Origin: Nitrosopumilaceae archaeon
GTDB lineage: Archaea; Thermoproteota; Nitrososphaeria; Nitrososphaerales; Nitrosopumilaceae
Assembly: GCA_049414205.1 (NCBI GenBank)
Contig: JBMSGE010000002.1
Span: 7,207-71,206 of the forward strand
Reading direction: 5' to 3'
DNA: 64,000 nt
Under the pieces are notes generated by a model. It had not been told where the DNA came from and did no database searches. It saw only the letters and a list, made by a program, of their open reading frames with translations. Made by a program: the position numbers and the translations under genes. Numbering within the stretch: the first letter of the stretch is position 1; every line of letters starts with the position of its first letter. Positions 44,404 to 53,837 of the stretch are shown in pieces.

Positions 44404-45297
44404 TTAGAATCTAATCATTTTTTCATATAATTTAACTCGTTTTGTAATGTCTGATTTTTTTAATTGCAGTAAACCATCCAACCCATATTTTTCAACTGCA
44501 AAGGAACCTAACACATTTCCATATACTACGGCTTTTTTTATTTCTGAGAGGCTAGTTGATTTTTTACTAGCTAAATATCCAATCATAGCTCCTGCAAAAG
44601 AGTCTCCAGCACCTGTAGGATCTACAACATCTTCTAATGAGAAGCCTGCTGATGGAAATATTACATCATCAAAAAACATCAAAGAACCATGCTCACCCTT
44701 TTTTATAATCACATATTTTGCTCCCCAATTCATCATTTTTTTAGCACATTTTATCAAATTGAATTCCTTGGTAAGGAGTTTTGCTTCTTCGTCATTTATG
44801 ACAACAGCATCTACTGCTTTAATCATTTTAATGACTGAATCTCTCTTGGTTGATATCCAAAAATCAATAGTATCACACATTGAAAATTTAACGTTATCAA
44901 ATTCTTTTATTAAATTGGTATTTTGATCAGGGTCATTATTTGCAAGATATACAAATTGTGATTTTTTATATTCATCAGGTACACTTGGTTTAAAATTTTC
45001 AAGAACATTTAGTTCTGTCTTTAAAGTTTCTCTAGTACTCAAAGTATTATCAAATTTACCATCATACCGAAATGTTTTTCCTTCTTTAATTGTAAATCCT
45101 TTCAAGTCTAAATGTTTAGATAGAACTTTTTGGTGTTCTTTTGGAAAGTCTTTTCCAACAACTGCAATCAATCCTGTATTTACAAAATTACTAGCAGAAA
45201 TTGCAGCAAAGGTGGCAGCTCCGCCCAACACATTTTTTAAAATTTTCTTTGGAGTTCTTATGGTATCTATAGCGGTAGAACCAAAAACTGTAAGCAT
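44404..45297 (-). CDS. PfkB-family carbohydrate/nucleoside kinase
   Basis: 'DPTGAGDSFAGA' plus an N-terminal GG motif (NVLGGAAT). Confidence 0.85.
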   Translation of the reverse strand: MLTVFGSTAIDTIRTPKKILKNVLGGAATFAAISASNFVNTGLIAVVGKDFPKEHQKVLSKHLDLKGFTIKEGKTFRYDGKFDNTLSTRETLKTELNVLENFKPSVPDEYKKSQFVYLANNDPDQNTNLIKEFDNVKFSMCDTIDFWISTKRDSVIKMIKAVDAVVINDEEAKLLTKEFNLIKCAKKMMNWGAKYVIIKKGEHGSLMFFDDVIFPSAGFSLEDVVDPTGAGDSFAGAMIGYLASKKSTSLSEIKKAVVYGNVLGSFAVEKYGLDGLLQLKKSDITKRVKLYEKMIRF

Positions 45298-45307
45298 TTA
45301 TTAAAAA

Positions 45308-45760
45308 TTAATTCTGATGTATAAATTCTCTTGCTTGTTCTTCTGTTGGATAATACACAAATGGAACATCAATAGTTGAAAACAATACATCATACTTTGT
45401 TATTCCACTAATTTTTACTATGGGAACATCATCTGATTCCAAATTAGATTCTGTTTGGAATGTTCCTCGAACTGATTTATTACTTAATGCTGGCAAAGTA
45501 AAAGGCTCTAACTGTCCTTCACCAATAGTCTTACCATCTGCTATTACAAAAAAGTCCGTTTCACCTGCAGTTAAAATCAACAAGGAAGGATTATCAAATT
45601 CAAGCTGTACATTATATGCTGCTTTTTGATCATTTTCTTCTATTAGATCACTTTCTGTAATTACTACGCCTATCTGTGAGGCTAAAGCATATTGAGAATA
45701 GCCAAACACGCTCATGCCTATGACAAATACAATGATGACAGCTTTTCTGGAATTTTCCAT
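45308..45760 (-). CDS. membrane-anchored or secreted protein (possibly LEA_2-like beta-sandwich)
   Basis: Has an N-terminal TM helix. Similar layout to 51162..51656. Confidence 0.45.
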   Translation of the reverse strand: MENSRKAVIIVFVIGMSVFGYSQYALASQIGVVITESDLIEENDQKAAYNVQLEFDNPSLLILTAGETDFFVIADGKTIGEGQLEPFTLPALSNKSVRGTFQTESNLESDDVPIVKISGITKYDVLFSTIDVPFVYYPTEEQAREFIHQN

Positions 45761-45889
45761 GTGTGACTATCTGAAAATTCCTTTTTAATCCAAAAGAGAA
45801 AAAATTCCAATAACATGTGTAAAAATTTTGATCTAGTCTTTAAGCTCATTAGAGCTAACAGGATAAATTAAAACTCCTTAAACTAGGAA

Positions 45890-46372
45890 TTGATGGCTAA
45901 AATAAAACTCAAATTCGGAGAAAATGAAATTGAGGTTGATTCTAGAGATTTCTATGTTGATAATCAAACTTTAGGTGAAGTTATTGAAAATCTTGCAAAA
46001 CTAATGGAAGAAAACCAAACTAAACCAATTTATGAAAAACCTACTACCAGTGAAATTCCTAAAGAACAAACCTTTGACAGCCTAAGTTCTTTAGAGGATG
46101 TTGAAATTTTTGAACCAGAATTTAATGAACCCAAAGCCATTTCTGCAGAAGAAATTAAAGACAAACTCAAAATTTTGGAAAAAAACTCTTTCTTTGATTC
46201 CCCACGAACCGTTACTGAAACTGTACAACAATTACGAGAATACGGCTGGGTTGCTAGTCCACTAGATGTTTCTAAAACTTTAGTTAACATGGCCTCAAAT
46301 AGAGAAATTTCAAAAAATTCTACAGAGAATAGAACTCATTACTTTGCACAAGAAGCAATACTAATCAATTAA
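45890..46372 (+). CDS. hypothetical protein
   Basis: 160-aa ORF with an acidic middle region. Confidence 0.5.
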   Translation: MMAKIKLKFGENEIEVDSRDFYVDNQTLGEVIENLAKLMEENQTKPIYEKPTTSEIPKEQTFDSLSSLEDVEIFEPEFNEPKAISAEEIKDKLKILEKNSFFDSPRTVTETVQQLREYGWVASPLDVSKTLVNMASNREISKNSTENRTHYFAQEAILIN

Positions 46373-46556
46373 TTTTATACTCGCATTTTCCACAAGAATC
46401 AAAAATCTCACCTTCTAGATGATCAAAGTGAGTTTTGCATTTCAGACATGTGTGATGCATATCAAAATACCCATCATCCTCAGTTTCTCCTATCTGCTTT
46501 GATTCTAATTCCGTACTTCCACATTTGATGCAATGACAACCACATTCAATTTTCAT
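46365..46556 (-). CDS. Cys/His-rich zinc-finger microprotein
   Basis: CGCHCIKCG ... CLKC ... CGKC. Confidence 0.55.
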   Translation of the reverse strand: MKIECGCHCIKCGSTELESKQIGETEDDGYFDMHHTCLKCKTHFDHLEGEIFDSCGKCEYKIN

Positions 46557-46607
46557 GATGATTCATTTCCGATAATCTATGTATAGTTGTTACACATATA
46601 GAAATTA

Positions 46608-46763
46608 TTGGGTAAAAAAAGAGAAATCCCACTTGAAATTGATGATCATTTTAAACTGTATGGAAAAGAACCATGGGAAGTAGAATACGGAGAAAAATGC
46701 CCAGTTTGCAATATTAGAATTGATGAATATGGTTTCTGTTCATGTGGTTCAAGTGGAGATTAG
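46608..46763 (+). CDS. possible zinc-binding microprotein (51 aa, TTG start)
   Basis: Own translation: (M)GKKREIPLEIDDHFKLYGKEPWEVEYGEKCPVCNIRIDEYGFCSCGSSGD. Confidence 0.3.
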   Translation: MGKKREIPLEIDDHFKLYGKEPWEVEYGEKCPVCNIRIDEYGFCSCGSSGD

Positions 46764-47680
46764 ACTTGGTTTTGTTTTCTTTTAATTAGAAACACGGCAA
46801 TACTTATTCCAGCTATTATAATCACTCCAACATACACAAAAGGTGAGTAATCTTGTGAGTTTACTGTACTTACATCAGGTATGATTGTGCCAGTTATGGT
46901 GATATCACCTGAACTTTCAGGCCTAAGGTTTATCCAGACATGAGTTCCATTATTGATGTAATCGTGAAAGAATATTTTCTCTTCATCTACAAGCACCTCA
47001 TATGGCTCAGCCAAAAAATTCACTGGAATGATTATAGTTACAAACTCATTTTCCCCAACCACCTCTAAATTCAATCCATCTAATTTTTCATTTAGACCAA
47101 ATTGATGTATTTCAGAAAAAGTTCGAATCTCAAAAGAATATTCTTTATCTTGGATTTTTATTTTCTCAGATTTCTTTGGTTCATTTAAAGAATATTCTAA
47201 TGTCATTTGGCATCCATGACACATAATTCCCTTTTTATCACCAAGCATAACTGGTTTATTATTAACAAAAATCAAGTCGGCATCATCTGGAAGTATAAAA
47301 GATGTACTTTGAAGATAAAGAAATTCCATAGTCCAAAAATTACCCTCCATAATCAATTCATCAATTAAATCATATTTTATAATCACATCATCTCTTGATG
47401 GAAATATCATCAAACTATCCTCATCTTCAATACTGCCATATTGTATTGCATTTCCCTCTTCATCTTTTACAATTAGATTTTCTTTTTTACCGTCAAGTAG
47501 ATCTATTTGATGAGGTTCGCCTTGACCTCTAACCACATGTGTTACCTCAATCTCTCCTAAGGAATTGATTTTTACTTCAATTGATTTTTGTTTGGAATCT
47601 TCAAAAATCTGAGCATAGGCTGAAGGTAGAAGTATTAATGCTGATAAAATTATTGAGAAAATAATTACTCCGTGATTCAT
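46760..47680 (-). CDS. secreted protein with a C-terminal TM anchor
   Basis: Has a signal-like N-terminus. C-terminal 'VYVGVIIIAGISIAVFLIKRK'. Confidence 0.6.
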   Translation of the reverse strand: MNHGVIIFSIILSALILLPSAYAQIFEDSKQKSIEVKINSLGEIEVTHVVRGQGEPHQIDLLDGKKENLIVKDEEGNAIQYGSIEDEDSLMIFPSRDDVIIKYDLIDELIMEGNFWTMEFLYLQSTSFILPDDADLIFVNNKPVMLGDKKGIMCHGCQMTLEYSLNEPKKSEKIKIQDKEYSFEIRTFSEIHQFGLNEKLDGLNLEVVGENEFVTIIIPVNFLAEPYEVLVDEEKIFFHDYINNGTHVWINLRPESSGDITITGTIIPDVSTVNSQDYSPFVYVGVIIIAGISIAVFLIKRKQNQV

Positions 47681-48157
47681 CTATTCCACAGTTACATGAA
47701 GCATTTTGGCTTCTTCCAAAGGACAATCATTACTGTCTCTTTGTAAATTCACTATTTTATCTGCAACATCCATTCCTTCGGTTACTTCACCAAATACAGT
47801 GTATTGCCTATCCAAAAATGTGGAATCTGTAGTTACAATAAAAAACTGTGAGCCTGCACTATCTGGATCTTGTGCTCTTGCCATTGAAACAATTCCACGT
47901 AAATGAGATCTAGAACTAAATTCAGCCTTGACACTATAGCCAGGTCCTCCCATTCCCCAAGAACTTTTGTTTTCGGTTTTCGTATTTGGGTCTCCACCTT
48001 GAATCATAAATCCAGGAATTACTCTATGAAAAAGAGTTCCATCGTAGAATCCTTCCTTTGCTAATTTTTCAAAATTTCTAACAGTTTCTGGAGCCAGTTC
48101 GGGAAGTAATTTAAAAGAGATTTTTCCTAAATTTGTCTCAATTGTAATATTACTCAA
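47681..48157 (-). CDS. cyclophilin-type peptidyl-prolyl cis-trans isomerase
   Basis: 'FHRVIPGFMIQGGDP' and 'GSQFFI'. TTG start. Confidence 0.9.
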   Translation of the reverse strand: MSNITIETNLGKISFKLLPELAPETVRNFEKLAKEGFYDGTLFHRVIPGFMIQGGDPNTKTENKSSWGMGGPGYSVKAEFSSRSHLRGIVSMARAQDPDSAGSQFFIVTTDSTFLDRQYTVFGEVTEGMDVADKIVNLQRDSNDCPLEEAKMLHVTVE

Positions 48158-48409
48158 TAAATCGATTCAACAGTATTACCATAAGAGTCTTTTGTGCAAA
48201 AATTTTTTAAAAATTATTAAAGATAATTATTTTATTATGAAAAATTTTCAAATGTTAATCCGTAATTCGTTAATAAAATTATAGTTTTTAACTCACAAAA
48301 ATCTGTTTAACAAAATTTTGCAAATTGAAATTTATTAAAATCATAAAATCAAAAATAAATTGATTCTAAAAGTTATAGTGTTATATAGAACAAATAAAAT
48401 TAGAATTCG

Positions 48410-48634
48410 TTGAATCGTACAAATCAGAGCACGATCATTAAAGAAGCAATTAATTCTTATCTGGACAAGGGCGTTACCGACAAACAAGACATCTATACTA
48501 AAGTAGTAGATGAACTTGGAGTTCCACGACCCACTGTCAGAAGAGTAGCAAGAGACCTTCGAAATGAATTATTAAATAAAATTCAGATTTTGCAATCTGA
48601 CATGACTAAAACAACTCCTGAAGAAGACCAATAA
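48410..48634 (+). CDS. small possible HTH protein
   Basis: 74 aa with an HTH-like 'VVDELGVPRPTVRRVARDL'. TTG start. Confidence 0.4.
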   Translation: MNRTNQSTIIKEAINSYLDKGVTDKQDIYTKVVDELGVPRPTVRRVARDLRNELLNKIQILQSDMTKTTPEEDQ

Positions 48635-48719
48635 ACTTGGCTCCTTTTTCTTTTTGATTAATATCAACCACTGATATCAAGCATTACTGTTATAAGCAAT
48701 GAAATTTTTGGACTAAATA

Positions 48720-49196
48720 ATGGGACACTTGGGAAACCATTTGGCTACAGTAGTAACAGGAGTTTTTGCAGCAGTATTGACAGGATTATGGCCTGTTTTA
48801 GTTGATTTTGCTCCAATCCTAGAGTTTGTATTTATCATGGCAGTCCCAATTACTTGGTTCCTTACTGGAATTTGTTGGATTGCCCAAAGAAGTGCTGATT
48901 ATGCACACAACCATCCTACACCATCCACACATGAAAAAAAAAGCTTGAGTAATCCACAAAAAGTTGCTCAAATTTATACAGCAGATGGAAAACAAGCAAG
49001 TCAAACTGAAATTAAAGAAGCCAAAACAGAACTTACCGGAGAATTAAATTCTCTTAAAGAAACTGTAAAACTAAAAGATGATGAAATTGACAGATTAAAT
49101 CAAGAAATTTCTAATTTACAAACTTTGGTTCAAATTGAATCCCTGAAGACCGAACTTGCAAATCTTAAGATGCTAGCATCAAAGTCAAAAAAATAA
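48720..49196 (+). CDS. membrane protein with a C-terminal coiled coil
   Basis: Two TM helices followed by a heptad-rich 'LKETVKLKDDEIDRLNQEISNLQTLVQIESLKTELANLK'. Confidence 0.5.
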   Translation: MGHLGNHLATVVTGVFAAVLTGLWPVLVDFAPILEFVFIMAVPITWFLTGICWIAQRSADYAHNHPTPSTHEKKSLSNPQKVAQIYTADGKQASQTEIKEAKTELTGELNSLKETVKLKDDEIDRLNQEISNLQTLVQIESLKTELANLKMLASKSKK

Positions 49197-49198
49197 GA

Positions 49199-49318
49199 TC
49201 AATCTTTGCAATGACAACAAACGATTCCATGATTGTCTTTGCAGCCAGGACAGCTAACAGCGCCCCCATAATGACATTTACAAGAACATAACTCGGTTGG
49301 ATCTTTGTTTGTACTCAT
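49199..49318 (-). CDS. Cys-rich microprotein (39 aa, 9 Cys)
   Basis: Own translation: MSTNKDPTELCSCKCHYGGAVSCPGCKDNHGIVCCHCKD. Confidence 0.35.
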   Translation of the reverse strand: MSTNKDPTELCSCKCHYGGAVSCPGCKDNHGIVCCHCKD

Positions 49319-49599
49319 TTACTATATGTCTAAACTTTGTTATTATATGACTTTTGTATTTTTTTTGAAAATTTTTAATTAGAATTATTTTTTTGCTAAA
49401 AATTATTCCCTTTTAACTACATAACACCCTAAGAAAACCTATCTTATTGTATTACTTATCTCAAAGGAACACGAGTATCAAGCCACTTCTTCTTTTTGAA
49501 TTTTACAAACTGTTCTAATATATTGAAAATCATTATCAGGGAATTATTCATGTTGATTTTTTTGATAATTTGGATATATTCAATATTAAGATAGAAAAT

Positions 49600-50127
49600 T
49601 TAATTTTTCAAATTAAATGCCATTTTTAATGTCCCATCTACCATTTCACGCAATCTTTCCTTTGCAGATTCATCAGTTAAAGAATTATCAGAAATAGAAT
49701 CTACAGTCAAGAACACTGCTTTGGGATTGGTTATCACGCGAAAATATGATAATAGTTGAGTTATCAAGGTCTGCACATCAATAAACCCAATGTTTCCTGC
49801 AGCCATAATGACCATTCCTGCAACTTTTCCCTCTGTTTTCTTGTAATTTACATACTCAAACAAATTTTTCAAAGATGAACTGAAAAAGGAATTGTAGATA
49901 GGAGATCCAATTAACCATACATCAGCATCCATCACATCATTAGCAGCATTTTTTGTTGTATCATTATATTCTTCTTCAGGGCCTCTATAACATTGAATTT
50001 GCTCTTCAGATAAGTTAACTAGCTTGACTTCTACATTCTTGGATTTGATATAATCAAAAACATAATTCATTGCCAAGTGAGTGTTTCCATTTTTTCTGGG
50101 ACTTGCTGAAATAATTACAACCTTCAC
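49600..50127 (-). CDS. NADPH-dependent FMN reductase (flavodoxin-like fold)
   Basis: 'MKVVIISASPRKNGNT' and 'WLIGSPIYN'. Confidence 0.8.
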   Translation of the reverse strand: MKVVIISASPRKNGNTHLAMNYVFDYIKSKNVEVKLVNLSEEQIQCYRGPEEEYNDTTKNAANDVMDADVWLIGSPIYNSFFSSSLKNLFEYVNYKKTEGKVAGMVIMAAGNIGFIDVQTLITQLLSYFRVITNPKAVFLTVDSISDNSLTDESAKERLREMVDGTLKMAFNLKN

Positions 50128-50184
50128 GATTCTATCCGTTCATCTTTGTATTTAAACCGCGACAAATTTTCTTGAAATTAAAAA

Positions 50185-50278
50185 CGGGCTTGGAGGGCTT
50201 CGATCCCTCGACCTGTAACTTAGGAGGCTACCGCGCTATCCATGCTTCGCGTCATTTTTGACTCTGCGCCACAAGCCC
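50185..50278 (-). tRNA. tRNA-Arg (anticodon CCU) with an insertion/intron of about 19 nt in the D-loop
   Basis: Hand-folded. Acceptor GGGCTTG/CAAGCCC and D-stem GCGC/GCGC, with 29 nt between the D-stem halves. Anticodon stem GTAGC/GTTAC and loop CTCCTAA. T-arm GAGGG-ATCGAAG-CCCTC, discriminator G. Confidence 0.75.
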
Positions 50279-50302
50279 AGCAAAAAAAATACTTGTAATT
50301 AT

Positions 50303-51037
50303 TTAAGCGTAATCTAGATTAGTTCTGATTATGTCTTGAATGTTTTTCCAGCTAAGATTTCCTTTATCATCCCATTTTTCAAAATAAATTACATCCTTTA
50401 ATCCAAGTCGTGGAAGCCAACCTGCACTTTCCAAATCAGGTTTTGTTGCAAATTCATCGACATATCCTAAACAAAGATAGGCTACAGGAACAACATGATT
50501 TGGTAATTCTAATACGTCTTTCAAAACATCATTTGAAAGTATACTTACCCAACCAAGTCCCACTCCCTCAGTTCTTGCAGCAAGCCAAAGGTTTTGAATA
50601 GCACAACAAACACTGTACAAACCTGCTTCGGGAATACTTGATCTCCCTATAACAAATGGACCAAATTTGGATGGATCATATGTAACACAGAGATTTACGG
50701 GAGATTCAAGAATTCCTTCCAGCTTAAATGACAAATATTTTGATTTTTTAGGCTCTTCAATTAATTGTGAGGATTTTTCCTTTTCTTCTTCAAAAGATTG
50801 CTTTATTCTTGCTTTAGTTTTAGTATCTTTAATCAGAATAAAATTCCATGGCTGAGAAAAACCTACTGAAGGTGCATGATGAGCTGCATTCAAAATTCTC
50901 GATAACACTTCATCTTCAATAGGCCTAGATGTAAAGTGAGATCTAACATCTCGTCTGGAATGAATTGCCTTGTATAGGCCATTTTTCTCCTCTTCAGTGA
51001 ATTCTTCAGTCATCTTCCTTTCTGTTTTACCTTTCAT
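50303..51037 (-). CDS. bluB: 5,6-dimethylbenzimidazole synthase (BluB, nitroreductase fold)
   Basis: 'LYKAIHSRRDVRSHF...ILNAAHHAPSVGFSQPWNFILI'. The start may be the internal Met of 'MTEEF'. Confidence 0.8.
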   Translation of the reverse strand: MKGKTERKMTEEFTEEEKNGLYKAIHSRRDVRSHFTSRPIEDEVLSRILNAAHHAPSVGFSQPWNFILIKDTKTKARIKQSFEEEKEKSSQLIEEPKKSKYLSFKLEGILESPVNLCVTYDPSKFGPFVIGRSSIPEAGLYSVCCAIQNLWLAARTEGVGLGWVSILSNDVLKDVLELPNHVVPVAYLCLGYVDEFATKPDLESAGWLPRLGLKDVIYFEKWDDKGNLSWKNIQDIIRTNLDYA

Positions 51038-51081
51038 TTGTTAAACGTTAATAATGTCTACAACTAGTCTTGTTTTTCAAT

Positions 51082-51155
51082 GGGCCGGTAGTCTAGCTGG
51101 TTAGGATACCGCCTCGACACGGCGGTGATCGTGAGTTCGAATCTCTCTCGGCCCA
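51082..51155 (+). tRNA. tRNA-Val (anticodon GAC)
   Basis: Hand-folded. Acceptor GGGCCGG/TCGGCCC and D-arm GTCT-AGCTGGTTA-GGAT. Anticodon arm CCGCC-TCGACAC-GGCGG. T-arm GTGAG-TTCGAAT-CTCTC has one mismatch. No CCA is encoded. Confidence 0.85.
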
Positions 51156-51161
51156 CTTTTT

Positions 51162-51656
51162 TTATATTGAACTCTCAAATTCTTTTTCGATTAAACTCCA
51201 AGCACTTTCTGTTGTAATGACTCCATCTGCTCGAAAACTGGATATGTTGCCATCTAAAACTGCTTGATAAATTTCATTACTCACTTCTGATTTATTTAAT
51301 TCAAATGTATTTTTCAATGGGATTTCTGCACCAGAATTGAAAATTGCTCGTCCTGGCATTGCAATGTCTCCAGTAGAATATTGACCAGATCCTAATAATT
51401 CCCCGTCTCCGTATAATTGGTAACTAATCAAGGAAACTGTGAATGTTGTTTCACTTGGATTTTTTACAAGATAAGTAACTGTCAATTTGACTGTATTTTC
51501 TACTTTGTTAACGCTAAGTACTTCCACATTCGTCAATTGAATCTCAACTTGCTCTAATTCTGGATTATCAAGACTTGCATACCAAATGATTGCACCCATC
51601 AAAGCTAGCATAGCTGCAATTGCTGCATATACTACAAGTTTACTTTGAAGTGCCAA
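51162..51656 (-). CDS. membrane-anchored protein (possibly LEA_2-like), similar layout to 45308..45760
   Basis: An N-terminal TM helix followed by beta-rich sequence. TTG start. Confidence 0.45.
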   Translation of the reverse strand: MALQSKLVVYAAIAAMLALMGAIIWYASLDNPELEQVEIQLTNVEVLSVNKVENTVKLTVTYLVKNPSETTFTVSLISYQLYGDGELLGSGQYSTGDIAMPGRAIFNSGAEIPLKNTFELNKSEVSNEIYQAVLDGNISSFRADGVITTESAWSLIEKEFESSI

Positions 51657-51738
51657 ATCAATCTAAGCACATTCTAATCAACTAAAAAAGGTTGTTAAGA
51701 TCCAAATACATAATATTTGATTCAGTATAGAATTTTTT

Positions 51739-52233
51739 GTGGCTATAGAACAAGCAATTCTTACATGGATTCATCTTGTGGCTGCCGCAATTTGGGTAGG
51801 TGGCTCTTTATTTATCGGAATAGTATTTTCTCCTATTCTAAAAACAATGGCAACTTCAGTTGAAGATAGAATTCAAATAATGATAAGGGTTGGGAAAAGA
51901 TTCAACAAAGTTGCTGTTCCTTCATTAATTATTCTAATGGCCACTGGATTATACAATTCTCATATGCTTTTGAGCAAGCCTGACTTGTTATTAGCAACAA
52001 GCTACGGAACTTTTCTTACAATTAAAATTATTTTAGTAATTTCTTTAATCATAACTTATGCAGTACATGTTCGTGTAATTCGTAAAGATGTAGAAGAACA
52101 AGTTATGTCTAAACAAATGCCTCTCCAACAAATTCAAAAATTAAGGAAAAAAATCATAATTTTAGGCGAGATTACAGTTGTGTTGTCTGTGGCAATTCTT
52201 TTCTTTGCAGCCCTACTCGATGCTGGAGTTTGA
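51739..52233 (+). CDS. 4-TM membrane protein (CopD-like)
   Basis: 'WIHLVAAAIWVGGSLF' recalls CopD-type helices. GTG start. Confidence 0.45.
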   Translation: MAIEQAILTWIHLVAAAIWVGGSLFIGIVFSPILKTMATSVEDRIQIMIRVGKRFNKVAVPSLIILMATGLYNSHMLLSKPDLLLATSYGTFLTIKIILVISLIITYAVHVRVIRKDVEEQVMSKQMPLQQIQKLRKKIIILGEITVVLSVAILFFAALLDAGV

Positions 52234-53241
52234 AATTCCCTCTATTCTAACTTCAAAACCATCTTTTATCCTTCCAATCCCATATTTACAACCAGTAATT
52301 TTTGAGGCAACAAACAGATTTGTTTCTAAATGTTTTGAAATTTTATCCACTTTGAAAATTGTCATTTCATTTGCAAGACTTGCAGGTAACACAAGCATGT
52401 CAGCAAGATTTTCATCTATACTTTGATTAGCATGAATGAATTTATCTAAATCTAAATCAAATTTGTTTTGTTTTAGATTAAACAAAGAATCAATCCCAAT
52501 AATTGAATCCTTGTCGATACTACTAATCAAAAGAGATGCCCCTGAATCTAATGCTTGCTCTTCTGTAATTTTTGTATCGACAATAAAATTACTTTCAAGT
52601 AATTTTTTCTCAATTAACTTAACTTTACTTGAAATGAGCTTAGAGGGTAATCTTGAATAAGAGCATGTTAATTTTACATTCTTTGTACTGCGTTTATCAA
52701 GAATAATTGAATTTATTTTCTTGGAAGGAAAAACTTCCAACTCTACTATTCCTCCTCCTTTTGGATAATATCCTCTCTTAATTACATTTAGAGAAAATTC
52801 AATTCCCATTCTAGAATACAATTCTCTCAAAATAATCTGGGAATAGTCTATTGTAGGACTCCAAAGAACATTAGTTCCACCTTTAATTGTAAGTTTTAAT
52901 TTTTTTTTACTAATTGCAACTGCAGGAATTAAAACTTGAATGATTAATGCAATACTGCCAGCAGTTCCAACATCCTCTTCCAGTTCTATACTTTTTACTT
53001 CGCCTGGAACAAATTTCAAACTTGTTGCTCCTTTTTTTATATGATCTAATTTTACTCCACAAATCTTTTCAAGAATTTTTAAAGCCATAAGATGTTGAGG
53101 TTTAAGACCTGGGGTTTTCCTTCCCTTTCTAATATTTTCTATAATCACAGGTTTGTGTAAAATAGATGATAATGTAATTGCAGTACGGACTATTTGTCCT
53201 CCTCCCTCCCCAAAAGAACCATCTATTTCTAAAAATTTCAC
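52213..53241 (-). CDS. rtcA: RNA 3'-terminal phosphate cyclase
   Basis: 'IDGSFGEGGGQIVRTAITLS' and 'GLKPQHL'. Confidence 0.9.
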   Translation of the reverse strand: MKFLEIDGSFGEGGGQIVRTAITLSSILHKPVIIENIRKGRKTPGLKPQHLMALKILEKICGVKLDHIKKGATSLKFVPGEVKSIELEEDVGTAGSIALIIQVLIPAVAISKKKLKLTIKGGTNVLWSPTIDYSQIILRELYSRMGIEFSLNVIKRGYYPKGGGIVELEVFPSKKINSIILDKRSTKNVKLTCSYSRLPSKLISSKVKLIEKKLLESNFIVDTKITEEQALDSGASLLISSIDKDSIIGIDSLFNLKQNKFDLDLDKFIHANQSIDENLADMLVLPASLANEMTIFKVDKISKHLETNLFVASKITGCKYGIGRIKDGFEVRIEGISNSSIE

Positions 53242-53303
53242 AATATTTCATGAAACCCTTGCTTTATGATAGTTTTTTAAAATGAAATTTTCTACCTTTT
53301 ACT

Positions 53304-53798
53304 ATGAATGGACTCCTAATAGGAAGATTCCAACCATTTCATTTAGGTCATCTTGATGCATTGAATTTTGCACTATCAAGAGTAGACAAACTTTGGGTTG
53401 GATTGGGGAGTTCAAATAAACCCCTTGAGAAAAATAATCCTTTCTCAGCTGACGAAAGGAAACAAATGATTCTAGATTCTATCAATGATTCTATTAAAAA
53501 TAAAATTGAAATTTGTTTTATACCTGATTTTGAAAATCATCAAAAATGGGCAGATCATATAGATACCATTGTTCCCAAATTTGATATCATTTTTACAAAT
53601 GATGAAATGACTGAATACCTTTATTCTAAACGAGGAAAAAAAGTATCGACTATACCATTTACAAAAAGAGACATTCTATCCGGAACCAATATTCGAGATT
53701 TAATAATTAGCGATCAAACATGGGAAAATTTTGTTCCAGACGGAACTAAAAAACTTCTAAATCAAATTAATGCTAAACAGAGGCTAAAAAATCTCTAA
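53304..53798 (+). CDS. nadM: nicotinamide-nucleotide adenylyltransferase (archaeal NMNAT)
   Basis: 'GLLIGRFQPFHLGHL' and 'SGTNIRDL'. Confidence 0.85.
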   Translation: MNGLLIGRFQPFHLGHLDALNFALSRVDKLWVGLGSSNKPLEKNNPFSADERKQMILDSINDSIKNKIEICFIPDFENHQKWADHIDTIVPKFDIIFTNDEMTEYLYSKRGKKVSTIPFTKRDILSGTNIRDLIISDQTWENFVPDGTKKLLNQINAKQRLKNL

Positions 53799-53837
53799 TT
53801 ATAAATAAAACCCAAAAGATGCTTCATTGTAGAAAAA

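Noticed and set aside
45308-51656. Calling 45308..45760 and 51162..51656 true paralogues of the LEA_2/NDR1 family.
   Set aside because: Only the general layout (N-terminal TM helix plus a beta-rich domain) is shared. The sequence similarity is too weak to assert by eye, so the call is kept at low confidence only.
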